64,000 bases of DNA from Octopus bimaculoides. Its lineage: Eukaryota. Below the pieces are notes generated by a model, which made no database searches, was not told the DNA's origin, and saw only the letters and a list, made by a program, of their open reading frames with translations. Positions 26,565 to 40,367 of this stretch are shown here, in pieces. The position numbers and the translations under genes are program-made. Within the stretch, counting starts at the first letter, position 1. Each line of letters starts with the position of its first letter. The stretch is taken from NCBI RefSeq assembly GCF_001194135.2, contig NC_068992.1, positions 57,831,789 through 57,895,788 of the forward strand, given 5' to 3'.

Positions 26565-26929
26565 TATGTGTGTGTGTTAATTGAAAAGACTTATACACAC
26601 GGAGCAAAGCTAAAATAATGAAATAAACGTTTGTTACCAGACGCATAATGTAAGACGAGCAGGACGAATGGCGTTTACCTCAATGAAAGATTGGACAACA
26701 ACCTACCTGTTGGTTTCTTGATAAGCACTGCCCTTACTGCGCTTTTATACCCAAGCGAGAGGTGTGTAACTACGAAGAGGTAAGAAAATCGATTGGCTAC
26801 AACGCAAAAGAGCATGGGAAGGTCCATGCCACGAAAATAATTTTCAATATAATATTTGATAAATAAAAAACATAAGACAATTCTTCTTTAATCATAGTTT
26901 TCAAAAGATATTTAAAGTCTTTCAAGAAA

Positions 26930-27110
26930 GGCGCAGGTGGTTGCGTAATAAGAAGCTTGCTTCCCAGCCACATAGTTCTGTGCTTAGTCCCACTGCGTGG
27001 CACCTTGGGCAAGTTTCTTCTATAGCCGCGTGCCGACCGAAGCCTTGTGAGTGGATTTGGTAGACGGAAATTGAAAGAAGCCTGTCATATATATATGTGT
27101 GTAGCTATGT

Positions 27111-27162
<52 letters not shown>

Positions 27163-27428
27163 TTATATGTTCATATAGCTATGAGGGTGTGTATTTGTCT
27201 GTTTGTCACCCCCAACACCACTTGACAACCGGTGTTGGTGTGTTTGAGTCCCCGTAACTTAGCAGTTCGACAAAAGTGAACGATAGACTAAGTACCAGGC
27301 TTAAAAAAGAAGTACTGGGGTGAGTCGATTCATTCATTCATTCGACTAAAAATTCAAGGCGGTGCCCCAGCATGGCCGCAGTCTAATGACTGAAACGAGT
27401 AAAAAAAAATAAAAGATAAAGATAAAAA
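26930..27428 (+). mobile_element. Family A SINE, full length
   Basis: ggcgcaggtgg...gtcccactgcgtggcaccttgggcaag...gtctaatgactgaaacgagtaaaa. Confidence 0.9.
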
Positions 27429-27437
27429 CACATTCAA

Positions 27438-28355
27438 TACGAGGTGGTATCAAAAAGTTCCCGGACTAGTTCTGTAGCGCGCCAGCAGATGGCAGCACAC
27501 AGTTGCGTGCGCAGAGAGCTAGCAGTGACCTTCATGAGGTAGCGTGCCGAGTGACGACGCTGTGCTTACTTTGTGTTTTTTGTGGATCACCTATATGCTG
27601 TAGTCTGCGATTTTTGTCATGGGCAGAAAGTTGGAACAAAGAGCCAACGTGAAAGTTTGCGCTAAACTTGGGAAGTCTGCTTCAGAGACATTGAGCATTC
27701 TTCGGCAAGCTTACGGGCAACGAAGCAGCAGTCGTCACAATGGAAGAGCCCTTCATCTCTACGACCCAAGAAGGCACGACAGAGCCGCAGCTCAATTAAG
27801 AACATGCACATCGTTTTTTAATTTTTCTATTTTCATTCGACATCCGCAGTATTGTGCATCGAGAATTCGACCCCTGGATCCAACCGTACCGTCGATCAAG
27901 AGTTCTACTGCGACGTCTTGAGGCGTTTGAAAGAGAACATTCGGCGAAAGCGACTGGATCTGTGGAGCGCGAAGAACTGGATTCTTCACGACGACGATGC
28001 ACCCTGTCCACTGAGCTCTCCTCACTTGTAAGTTTCTCGCAAAAGACCAGTTGCCCTATTCACCAGATTTAGCACCTGTGGACTTCCATCTCTTCCCCCA
28101 CGATGAAAATGTAGCTCAATCGTTGCTGTTTTAACACCGTTGTCGAGATCAACAGTGAATTGCAGAAGGTCCTCCTCGACTCGCTAACGGAAAACGACTT
28201 CCAGGCCGATTCCCAAAAAATGGTAGTAACGCTGCAACTGGTGCATTGCTGCGCAAGGTGACTATTTCGAAGATGACGTGAAATATTAGGTAAAATAAGT
28301 TATTATTTTTTTTATTAAACATAACTCGTCCGGGAATTTTTTATAGCCCCTCATA
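27438..28355 (+). mobile_element. Internally deleted, frameshifted mariner transposon
   Basis: TIRs tacgaggtggtatcaaaaagttcccggac / gtccgggaattttttatagcccctcata. Translation gives MGRKLEQRANVKVCAKLGKSASETLSILRQAYG, SSQWKSPSSLRPKKARQSRS and YCDVLRRLKENIRRKR...NWILHDDDAP, all typical mariner transposase segments. Confidence 0.92.
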
Positions 28356-28624
28356 TACGCAACGAACAGTAAAATAAGATATCACCGTGTCACTCAGTCA
28401 GTTTTCTTTCAGTGAATGTTTTGCTCCAATTGCTAAATCTCTAGTTTGATTATCTCAGAAATCAAAGGAGCTAAGCAACTCAAATATCTTATCAATGGTT
28501 TATATTATGCAAAATTAAAGTGGGGCACACGGCTGAACTTTCGTTTCTCAAAATACTAACTTAATTTTTTTCATAATTTTACTTTTACTCTCTCGCGTGT
28601 GTGTGTGTGTGTGCGTATTTTTTT

Positions 28625-28849
28625 TATCTTTATTTCTTTTATTGCCCACAAGGGGGCTAAACATAGAGGGGACAAAGGGATTCAGTCGATTACATCGACC
28701 CCAGTGCGTAACTGGTACTTATTTAATCGACTCCGAAAGGATGAAAGTCAAAGTCGATCTCGGCGGAATTTGAACTCAGAACTTAACGGCGGACGAAATA
28801 CCGCTAAGCATTTCACCTGGCGCGCTAACGATTCTGCCAGCTCGCCGCC
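28625..28849 (-). mobile_element. Family B SINE, full length
   Basis: Reverse complement of ggcggcgagctggcagaatcgttagcgcgcc...ccccttgtgggcaataaaagaaata. Confidence 0.92.
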
Positions 28850-28855
28850 CTGTGT

Positions 28856-29044
28856 CTTATCTTTTACATGTTTCGGTCATTAGACTGCAGCCATGCTGGG
28901 ACACCGCCATGAAGGATTTTAGTCGAACTTATTCTTTTCTTTTTAAGCCTGATACTTATTCTATCGGTCTCTGTAACCGAACCGCTATGGTACGGTGATG
29001 TAAACACACCAACACAGGCTGTCAAGCGGTGGTGGGAGATAGAT

Positions 29045-29096
<52 letters not shown>

Positions 29097-29255
29097 GACA
29101 GGCTTCTTTGAGTTTCCGTTTACCAAATCCACTCACACAAGGCATTGGTCGACCCAAGGTTATAGCAGAATATTCTTGCCCAAGGTGCCACGCAGTGGGA
29201 CAGAACCCAAAACTGCATGGTTGGGAAGCAAGCATCTTACCCTACATCTACGCCT
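28856..29255 (-). mobile_element. Family A SINE, full length, abutting the B copy
   Basis: cttttacatgtttcggtcattagactgcagccatgctggg...ccaaggtgccacgcagtgggacagaacc. Confidence 0.9.
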
Positions 29256-30617
29256 ATGTGTGCATTTCATTTTACGTGTGTGTGTGTGTTTGGGAGGGTA
29301 TTAAGTACTTACAGTTACAACACCAATTTTCTGGACACTGATGATCCCAAACTTCTTAATAATCCAAAACTACTTTTCAAAACAGGAGCTGCAGATTACT
29401 GCGGTCACCAGACTAGTTTTGCCGGTGCGTTGCTCAATACAGTATTCATAAAATAAACTTGTACCGTGTATACAGATGCCTGTATTTCATTTAAATTATT
29501 GAAGTAAATTAAATATTTGTTTAATTTAGTGTTTGTTGACCAAGGTGACTGACTACCCCTGGCTCGGATTTTTCCGAGCCAGGAATGGATCTGGAATCAA
29601 CGGTTCCAGAAAACTGACCACCACCACGGCCCAACCCTAATTATGTTATCTGTTGACCCAAGCAAAACGCAATAAGTTTATAAAATGAACTGTCATAAAA
29701 ACACTTCCACATAACATAGGTACATAGCAACAAACGTTTTCTCAAATGGGTGATTACAGCATTAAGTGGTCAAGTGTTTGTGAGACAAGATCGTAGTTTC
29801 GAATCCCGGACTAGGTGTTGTGTTCTTGAGCGAAATAAACCTGCGACAGACCTGCGTTCTGTTCAGAGTTAGAGAGAGCACTGTAATTTTTAGTCATTTG
29901 TAAAGTATGGAAACCAGGGCGAGCCCCAGCTTAATGAATCCATAGGCTTATAATAGATCTCAGTCTAATTAACGGCTATAGTTGTTGTTTTACTGCCTGG
30001 GCAGCTCCGATCGAATAGAGTTATGTTCAAAGGCATTCTAGCTATGACCACCACACATTTCTTTCAAACACAGTATATCTACAACCACATTTTCAAAGAT
30101 GCCCTTCCGTTTTTGCTTTTGTTTTGTTTTGTTTTTCTAGATGGTAGAGTATGATTTGAGAAATTTGGCTGCTATTTCGAGCAACGTTATAGAGGCTCCC
30201 CCGTTTGCTCGTTTATGGTGGCTTTATTAGTTAGTAGCGATGGCTACAGTTGTTGGGACTGTGTAGCCCTAGGTCAATCCATAAGTAAGCATAAAGATAG
30301 TTGTTGCAGTGCAGATGTAGATCAGTCCCTAATCCAGCAATTCTCTGACATTGCAGGTAGCCATCGTCGTATAACCCCACGTCAGACCTGATCCAGCAGA
30401 CCTATGGTACGCAAAGTAGCGGTTGGTGTGTAATCCTAAATGAGCCCTGATCTAGCAGACCGGTGTTGGGCAGGTCGTAGGCCAAACGGCGAGACGCGGT
30501 GTACAGATCTAGTTTCCCAGTTATACTATGCTTCCACCTAGCTAAGGACCACACTGCACTTTTAGGACAGGAAATGACGGATCTTATAAAAGTGCAGTAG
30601 GATAATTTGGGCATGTT

Positions 30618-31362
30618 CAGTTAGTTTAACCGGGTCTATATGACACCTGGGATCAACCGGAGTCCACCTAAGATTTTTGGGAGTCCATGCAAGCAAAATA
30701 GTAAATTCGGTAAACACAGCAGTGTTCTTTTACTTTTTGTTTTTTACTTGTTTCAACCATTTGACTGCGGCCATGCTGGGGCACCGCCTTAAAAGGTTTT
30801 AGTCGAAGAAATCGACCCCAGGACTTATTCTTTGTAAGCCTAGTACTTATACTATCGGTCTCTTTTGCCGAACCGCTAGGTTACGGGGGACATAAACACA
30901 CCAACATCGGTTGTCAAATGATTTGTGGGGGGGAGGACAAACAGACACAAAGACACACACACACACATGAATATATATACATATACAACGGGCTTCTTTC
31001 AGTTTCCGTCTACCAAATCCACTCAAAGTGTTTGGTCGGCCCGAGGCTATTGTAGAAGACACTTGTCTAAGGTACCATGCAGTGGGACTGAACCCGGAAC
31101 CACGTGGTCGAGAAGCAAGCTTCTTACCACACAGCCACGCCTGCAAGGATCCATGAAAAAAAATTTTGATTTAGATGTATTTATTGGAAGAAACAGCTGA
31201 GTTTCTTTCTCTAACGTTTTACAAAGTTTAACCCAACAAAGTTGGAATTTTGAAAGAAATATCCACAAAACTAGTTTTTAAACGTTGGGAGGCTAAATGG
31301 ATCCACCAGAATAAAACAATTATCAAAGGGGTCCATAGATAAGAAATGGTTGGGAACCACTG
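30618..31362. mobile_element. hAT MITE (same family as 9298-9614) interrupted by a family A SINE
   Basis: taagatttttgggagtccatgcaagcaaaatag | gaagaaacagctgagtttctttctc...ggttgggaaccactg aligns with the 9298 copy. Confidence 0.75.
30728..31144 (-). mobile_element. Family A SINE, full length, little diverged
   Basis: tttacttgtttcaaccatttgactgcggccatgctgggg...cttcttaccacacagccacgcctgc. Confidence 0.93.
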
Positions 31363-31629
31363 AGTTAATATTGACAGCTACGGTGACTATAATTGTTAAT
31401 AGGGCAGCTGAAGTAGTTATTCAAGGCCATAGTAAATACTGGTGGTCATATTAATTGCTAGTTATAAAGGCAAGGGTGACTAGGGTAATTATCAGTGGCT
31501 ATGAAGTTAATTATAATAGTATTGGCGATTATAATGATTATAAATAGTATTTAGTAGTCATAATAGTTAGCGTTGGTGTGCTTAATAGTTATCTATGACT
31601 GTAGTAAGTAGTAAATGTTGATTTCAAAC

Positions 31630-31770
31630 TTTGATACAAGGCCAGCAATTTAGAGGAGGGGTAAGCCGATTACATCGACCTCAGCATTCAACTGGTATTT
31701 ATTTTATGGACTTTGAAAGGATGAAAGGCAATGTCGACCTCAGCAGAGTAAAGACGGACGAAATGCAGAT
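31630..31770 (-). mobile_element. Family B SINE, partial
   Basis: acaaggccagcaattt...gattacatcgacctcag...aaaggatgaaaggcaatgtcgacctc. Confidence 0.8.
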
Positions 31771-31944
31771 ATTAGGGACTATAATGGTTATTAGAGGCTG
31801 TAATACTATTGATTACTATTGTAGCTGTTAGGAACGATAATAGTTGGTGTTGTTACATAGTATTGGCTGTGATAGTACTGGTGACTATAGTGTTATAATA
31901 AATAGTATCGATGATTAACATGGCTATTAGTAGTTCTATTATTT

Positions 31945-32270
31945 AGTGGCTCAGTGGTTAGGGCATCGGGCTCACAATCATGAGGTGAGTTGATTCCCAG
32001 TCCGGGCTGCGTGTTGTGTTCTTAAGCAAGACACTTTATTCCACATTGCTGCAGTTCACTCAGCTGTAGAAATGAGTTACAACATCACTGGTGCCAAGCT
32101 GTATCAGCCTTTGCCTTTCCCTTGGATAATATCAGGGGCGTGGAGAGGAGAAGATGGTATGCATGGGTGACTGCCGATCATCCACAAACAACCTTGCCCG
32201 GACGTGGGCCTCGGGGGGGGGGGTAACTTTCTAGGTGCAATCCCATGGTCAGTCGTGACCGAAGGGGGTC
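31945..32270 (+). mobile_element. Family C SINE (C head + delta tail), full length
   Basis: tggctcagtggttagggc...gcaagacactttatt...ctttctaggtgcaatcccatggtcagtcgtgaccgaagggggtc. Confidence 0.9.
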
Positions 32271-32629
32271 CTTCCTTCCTATCTATTTACAATTGTAGTT
32301 TATAGGGGATATTTTTCAAAACTAACCATAAACATAAAGAAGATAATCTTTGGTTTTCAAACATTATTTTGTTAATATCCAGTCGAATATTTCTATGGAG
32401 AGCAATCGAATGGAAGTTCCATGGTCTTTTTTGTTTTTGCTTTTAACTATTATTACTATAATTATCAGCAGTAACAAGGCGAGGAAGAATCGTTACCGCG
32501 TCTTTACATTATACTAATAGCGTCGCATCGCCGAAAACTGTGTCTTGGGATCCCTAATACACAAAATTTGTTAACCCTGTCCATGCTAACTCTGCTCCCG
32601 AGAACGATTCAATGTGGTCGCTAGCCAGC

Positions 32630-32850
32630 GAGGCATAATCCTTTCTACTGCAGACACAAGGCCTGAAATTTTGTGGGGCAGAGACTGTCGATTACATCAA
32701 CCCCAGTGTACAACTGGTACTTACATTCCTTTCGTGGTCGATGAAATTAAGTCAAAGTCGATCTCCGCGGAATCAGAACCCAGAACCCAAAGAGGCCGAT
32801 AAGCATTTTGTCCGGCGTACTTATGATTCTACCAGCTAGACGCCTTAATC
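32630..32850 (-). mobile_element. Family B SINE
   Basis: cctttctactgcagacacaaggcctgaaattt...gattacatcaaccccagtg...aagcattttgtccggcg. Confidence 0.8.
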
Positions 32851-33289
32851 TTGATCGAAACAATAACAAGCAAATCTCCTTCGAATTACTCCGAACGTTT
32901 TCAAAAGAGCAGAAGACAATGGAAACTGTGGTACCAAATTCTATACTACGGGGGGGGAAAATTAGATGATCATGACTGGAACGCCTTTGGTTGTGGGTCT
33001 GTTCGACCCAGGGTTGACCTGGGGGATAATCAACAACAGTCGGAATTCGATAGGGTGAAAGTGAAAACGATTTGGTCTTTTTTTTCTGCCAGGATATGAA
33101 AACTGTGTGAGAGGCGTAAACCGTTTTAACCAATCGCTGTCTTTTGTGTGTGTGTGTGGCAATTACACTGAACTGTGTATGCATGTAATCAAATGGTGCT
33201 CTGTGTTGTTAATTGTAGTTTGTCAATAAGTTAACTGACACAATGAGTAAATATAATTAGTTTAGGCGTGTATGTTTATATATACATGC

Positions 33290-33355
<66 letters not shown>

Positions 33356-33840
33356 ATTATATACCAACAGATGAAAACCTAAAAATGAATACATAGAAAT
33401 ACTTCGAAAACTACATAAATTAGTGAGGTAAGATAAAGACAAAACTAGACACACAGACAAGGCATCTAAGAAGACAAGAGAGTGGGGGGAAACGAACAAG
33501 TAAATGACATATTTAGAATTCATATAGCGATATATTGACAACTTTTAGGTATATATATAGAAATGAAGATACGGATATAACTAACATATATGAGGTAGAT
33601 TTAGAGATGCGGTCGCCTAAATACAAACATATTACAGACATATTAGAGAAAAAACAGACAGTGATAGAGATGAGAAACAGACATGTGACAGGAAGACAGA
33701 AGGGACTGTCAGCTGTCTGTCAGACAAAGAGGCTGATATGAAAATAGGGATAGACAGATAGGCATGTGCGCTGAAACAAAGTGAGAGAGAGAGAGATGAA
33801 AACAAGGGTGGGAAGAAAGATGGAGATTACGGATGTGCAG

Positions 33841-33893
<53 letters not shown>

Positions 33894-34685
33894 GATAAAG
33901 AGCGATGTGAGAAGGTGGGGCGGGGGGTCTGAATGGTTTAATCTGAAGGGGATGAGCAGTCTAGGATGACCCTTTTCAGGTCATCCTAAACTGGTGGTGG
34001 TGGTGGCGGTGGTGCATACGGTGGAAAGGANNNNNNNNNNNNNNNNNNNNNNNNNNNNNNNNNNNNNNNNNNNNNNNNNNNNNNNNNNNNNNNNNNNNNN
34101 NNNNNNNNNNNNNNNNNNNNNNNNNNNNNNNNNNNNNNNNNNNNNNNNNNNNNNNNNNNNNNNNNNNNNNNNNNNNNNNNNNNNNNNNNNNNNNNNNNNN
34201 NNNNNNNNNNNNNNNNNNNNNNNNNNNNNNNNNNNNNNNNNNNNNNNNNNNNNNNNNNNNNNNNNNNNNNNNNNNNNNNNNNNNNNNNNNNNNNNNNNNN
34301 NNNNNNNNNNNNNNNNNNNNNNNNNNNNNNNNNNNNNNNNNNNNNNNNNGCGGTGGTAGTGATGATGATGATGATGATGGTGATCGTTATCACCAACGAT
34401 GATGAAATGGGAATAATTAGACACAGGAATAATTAAAGGGACGATCAGAAAGTGAAGAGCAGAAATAAAAGTGAAGATGACATACATAGTGTGACAACAA
34501 AGAAAGGAAAAATGAAGGAAAAAAGAAAAAGGCACGTCCGTCTTCAAGCATAATACTTCAGACTCAGAGAAGAATGCTGAGAGGGTAGATAGAAATAAGG
34601 GGAGATGGAGTGAAGAAAAAGAAAACACCATCGTCATCATGTTGAGCATAGAAGAGATTTCATAGTTCGATACAAAATGTGTGTC

Positions 34686-34769
<84 letters not shown>

Positions 34770-35445
34770 CAAAAACACAATTTTCAACATACTTTCATTT
34801 CCAACGCTTACATACATCATAGAAATCTATTGATTTCTATTCGGTTTCATTCGCACATATACACACACTCACAAACATGTATGTATGTATGTATGTATGT
34901 ATGTGTCCATTATCAGAACACCTGAGCTGCTGCTGATTAACGGATATACATGGAGTATGTAATGTTACACTGATACAAATACACCAAATTCAGTGATGTA
35001 GGTTGCATTCTAAAAATGAATTTTCGAATATAAACTAATTTAAACGAAAATATACATATACTGTAATTTTAACATACCCGCACTCATTTACATCCTATGT
35101 TCCTTTTGTTATTCCTGTGTACGTGAATATATCAGATGATGAATGGCAATATATGTTTCCAGCTTTTGTATGTATATAAAATGGGAAAATATATGGTGGT
35201 GATGTGTGTGTGTGTGTGTGTGTGTGTCACGGAAAAATGTGTTCTTGTAAGTGGTAAAAGAGTATTAAAATTCTAATAAAACATATGTGTTTAATACCTC
35301 CTAAGTGTGCTGCAACAAATAAAATCTTAATAGAACATATATGTTAATGCACTATTTTTGTAAGGTGTGTGTGTGTGTGTGTGTGTGTTAATAGGCTACA
35401 CAAGTATTAGACTTGATAGAACATACATTTACATAACTATGTATG

Positions 35446-35480
<35 letters not shown>

Positions 35481-35819
35481 TATGTATGCATGTAGAAATT
35501 CTGTGATTTGTTTGTTTTAGCCATTGCTGCCAAGGCCACGTTGGGGCATGTGTGTGTGTAGTTTCCTGAAGTGTGTGCTGTAATGAATATTAATATTTTA
35601 ACATACATGCATGCATGTATGTTATGTATATATATATATATATATATATATGTCCATGTGTCGTCCATGTACTAGCAAACATAACACATATTTATGTGTG
35701 CGGGGGGGAGTGGTGCGCGTGTCTGTGTCTATGTGTATACATTTATATAATATCGAAGTGTGTGCGTTATAAAACAAATTCTAGAGTGCTTGCAATTAAT
35801 GGGAAATATTTTTGATTTT

Positions 35820-35870
<51 letters not shown>

Positions 35871-36131
35871 TGATCATTAGTTTACAATGCATCCATACTC
35901 AAATATACATAGAAAACATGTAGACATTACATAGATCTACATACGTACATACATACAATGTTTGAGAGGGTTTCAGTCACTGGACTGTGGCCATACTGGA
36001 GCACCGCCTTATACATACCGCCTTTTGACATAATATATACATATCCACACACACACACACACATAAATACATACGAGCAAAATTTGAAACCCGTCAGTGA
36101 CACACATCGGATCGCGATTTTTAATAACTAC

Positions 36132-36163
<32 letters not shown>

Positions 36164-36579
36164 GGTTAATGTTAACCAATAATAATAATAATAATAATAA
36201 TAGTAATAATAATTTTTTATTTGTCACGGGTACAAATGAAGAAGACATCACAGAACAGTCTATGAATGGCTTCAAATTTTTGGCACAAGACCACAAATTT
36301 CAGAAGAAAGGCGAAGTCGATTACATCGATTCCAGTACTTGATTAAAGAATTCGTTCCTTTAACATGAAGATTAAACAAAGCGAAAGAATGGATAATTGA
36401 AGAAATCTTAAAAACACAATTACAAGATATAGAAACGTATTCTGTCTAGAGAATACATACGGATTGTGTTGTGGATGTAAGTTTATATATATAAAAACAC
36501 GTACATATATGTGTGTATGCACATATAAAAAATAATATATACATACACAGACACACCGTTAAATAAGACACACAAACGG

Positions 36580-37240
36580 ATAGATAGATAGATAGACAGA
36601 CAGACAGATAGACAGACAGAGACAGATGATAAACAGACAGATATATATATATATAGAGAGAGAGAGAGATAGACAGACAGATATATATATATATAGCGAG
36701 AGAGAGACTGACAGATATATATATATAGAGAGAGAGAGAGAGATAGACAGACAGATATATATATATAGAGAGAGAGAGATAGACAGACAGACAGACATAT
36801 ATATATAGAGAGAGAGAGATAGACAGACAGACAGACATATATATAGAGAGAGAGATAGACAGACAGACAGACATATATANNNNNNNNNNNNNNNNNNNNN
36901 NNNNNNNNNNNNNNNNNNNNNNNNNNNNNNNNNNNNNNNNNNNNNNNNNNNNNNNNNNNNNNNNNNNNNNNNNNNNNNNNNNNNNNNNNNNNNNNNNNNN
37001 NNNNNNNNNNNNNNNNNNNNNNNNNNNNNNNNNNNNNNNNNNNNNNNNNNNNNNNNNNNNNNNNNNNNNNNNNNNNNNNNNNNNAGACAGACAGATAGAC
37101 AGACAGATAGACAGACAGATAGACAGACAGATAGACAGACAGATAGACAGATAGATAGACAGACAGATAGATAGACAGATAGATACATACATACATACAC
37201 ACATAGACAGACAGATGCATACACATACATAGACAGACTG
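36580..37240. repeat. Compound (GACA)/(TA)/(GA) minisatellite spanning a gap
   Basis: Repeating gacagacagatatatatatagagagagagagata units. Confidence 0.9.
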
Positions 37241-37337
37241 ATAGATAAAAAGACAAACATAAACTGACATACAGACAGGCAATATACGTTTAGCCATTGG
37301 ACTGCGGCCATGCTGGGGCATCGCTTTATACATACTC

Positions 37338-37394
<57 letters not shown>

Positions 37395-38073
37395 AACACA
37401 GAAACATACACACGCAGATTTGTGTTTTCCAGGAAGTGGACATAAATTGGGTTACAGTTTATCTAGAATGGATCATTACAGACGAGTCCCTCAGTTTCTG
37501 GCCAGCTTGTTCGTGCCAAAGACACCAAAGCAAGGTAGAATTTTGGAATTTTGGACAGGGAGAGATAAAAGAAGCAAACGAAGGAGAGGATGAAGAAATC
37601 TTCGAATAATTATTCCGATTTTGGAAACCTCTATTTTGTTTTTTTTCTATCTTCCTCTTCATATTTCGGTTCTTCTTCATATAGTTATCATTATCAGGAA
37701 TAACGTTAGTAATAAGCAATAATATTACGAATGGAAAACATAGAAACAAGAAGTTTTCTTCTTACCTCGTCGTACTATGGCGAATTCTAGTGTCTTGTAG
37801 AAGAATATCAAGTGGAGTCATTTGGATAACTCCTAGCTCCATGACCATCACCGATCTACATTTACATATATATATATATATATATANNNNNNNNNNNNNN
37901 NNNNNNNNNNNNNNNNNNNNNNNNNNNNNNNNNNNNNNNNNNNNNNNNNNNNNNNNNNNNNNNNNNNNNNNNNNNNNNNNNNNNNNNNNNNNNNNNNNNN
38001 NNNNNNNNNNNNNNNNNNNNNNNNNNNNNNNNNNNNNNNNNNNNNNNNNNNNNNNNNNNNNATATATATATGA

Positions 38074-38106
<33 letters not shown>

Positions 38107-38669
38107 CTAATATATGTATGAATGAATGTTGTGAGAGTATATATGGATATATGTGTGAGTGCTTGTGTGGCGTGTATTTGTGTAATATTGTTTTTATATA
38201 TTGATATATATATGTATGTATATACGTGTAAATGAGTGTGTGTGCATATATGTGTTAATATATGTTATGAATGAATATCATATGAGTGAGTGTATGTACG
38301 GATATATAATATATATATATATATAAGCAGTGTGTAGATTTTGTAGCTATATATTTATATATTTATATATCTATACATATATAAGTATAACAAGGTGGTG
38401 GTGGTGATGAAAGATCAGCAAAGAAAAGTCGAAGATATATATTTTCCCTTTCTCTCTTTCTTTTAACAAAATCTCCAATAAATAATTCTTTTTTTAAAGA
38501 GACAGTAGTGAAGCCTCATGTATGTTCAGTTGTAAAACGGTTCCTGGTAATATTGTGGTGTGTATATACATATATACATGCATATAACACGGTCAACATA
38601 GACAAGAAGCTGAGGAAAAGACTGTTACGGCTGCCATGGCCGTTTTTTGTAGAACTTGTCACTCACACT

Positions 38670-39477
38670 TTCACTCACACTCACTCTCTCACTTTACTCT
38701 CTTATATTTTCTCTTTCCATCGTCTTCCCTACATCTCCGTTCTCCCTGCTTCTTTTTCCCTTTATTTCTCTCTTTCTCTTTTACTCTCTCTTCCACTTTT
38801 TCTCTCTCCTTTTCTCTCCCTCTCTTTCTCTTTCTCTCTCTGCTTTTCTTTCTCTCCGGGTTTCTTTTTCTTCTTCAGTTTAATTCTCTCTTTACGTCGC
38901 TTCTATTTACTGTCTTTCTATCTCTTTATTTACCCTGTCTCTTTACGTCTCTCCTATTGACCCTCAATTTCTCTCTCTTTCTATCTTTGTCACTTCTATT
39001 TTTCTCTTTCTTTTTCTGTCATTCTTATTTACACTTTCTCTTTTACTGCCCCCCCCCTTCTCTTTCATTAACCCTGTCATTTTCGTTCTCTTTTTTTACT
39101 CGTTCTTTTTATCATTTTTATCTACTCTTCCTGTCCTCTTATTTCTTCTATTTCTCTCTCTCTCTCTCTCTTTCTCTTATTTACTCTTTCTCTTATTTAC
39201 TCTTTCTCTCTTCTGGCTCTTTTATTTACTTTCTCTTTTCGTTTACTCTTTCTCTGTCTGTCTCTTTTTTTCCTATCCGTAGTCTCTGTTTCTCTTTCTC
39301 TCTCTCACACACACACGCACTAATGTCGCCTAATCTCCCCCTCTCTATCTCTCACACACTCTCTAATGTCACCTAATCCCCCTCTCTATCCCTCACTTGC
39401 TCTCTCTCTCGATCTCTATCTCAAGTTAGTCACCTACTCTTTCATCTTCTCTCACCAGGCAGTCTCTTTATATCTCA

Positions 39478-39542
<65 letters not shown>

Positions 39543-40329
39543 ATTTGCGGTCTCTGAATCTCTCACTATCCCTCTTTATTTCTCTCAATCTATCTAACCA
39601 TCTACCTTTCTTTCAACTTCTCACTCCAAGCAATCTCTTAATATCTCACTCTTTCTTTCTTTCCTTCTCTCATTCACTCCCTTTCTTTCTCTCTCGCGTT
39701 CTTCAGTCAATCACCTAATCTCTTATACTCTCTCCTTCTCTGTCTTTCTCTAACCGGCCTCTCAATACCTCTCCGTCTCCTTCACTAAATTTCTGTATCT
39801 ATCTATCTATCGCTTCATTCAATCACTTACACTTTTGCTTTCTCTCTCCCCACTCTCTGCTTCTCTCTCTCTCTCTATCCCTCTCTCTTTGTTTCTTTCT
39901 CACGTTCTTCATTTCTCATTCCTAATGTATTCTTCTCTCTTTCTTTCTCTAACCATTCTACGTTGTTCCCTAATCCTCTCTATTTTTCTACCTATCTAAC
40001 CGCTTTCTCTGTTTTCCTATTAATCTCCTAATCTCTCCCCTCTATCTCTTTATCTATCTATCTCTCGTCAATCCTATAATCTCTCACATTCTTTCTCTTT
40101 CTTTCTCTCTCCCACATAAATACCCACACGAGGAGACCCCCCTCTCTCTCTAAAATCTTTTATTTATCTAGCTTCCTTTTCTTTCCTCTCTTTCTTCACC
40201 TCTTCCTCTTTCTTTAATTCGTCATCTAACCCGTCTCTCTCTCTCTCTTTCTCTTTCTCTCTGTCCTATTAATATTTCTGTCGTAAAATATTTCTATTTC
40301 CTATTTATTCATTCTTATAATTTTTCTCC

Positions 40330-40367
<38 letters not shown>

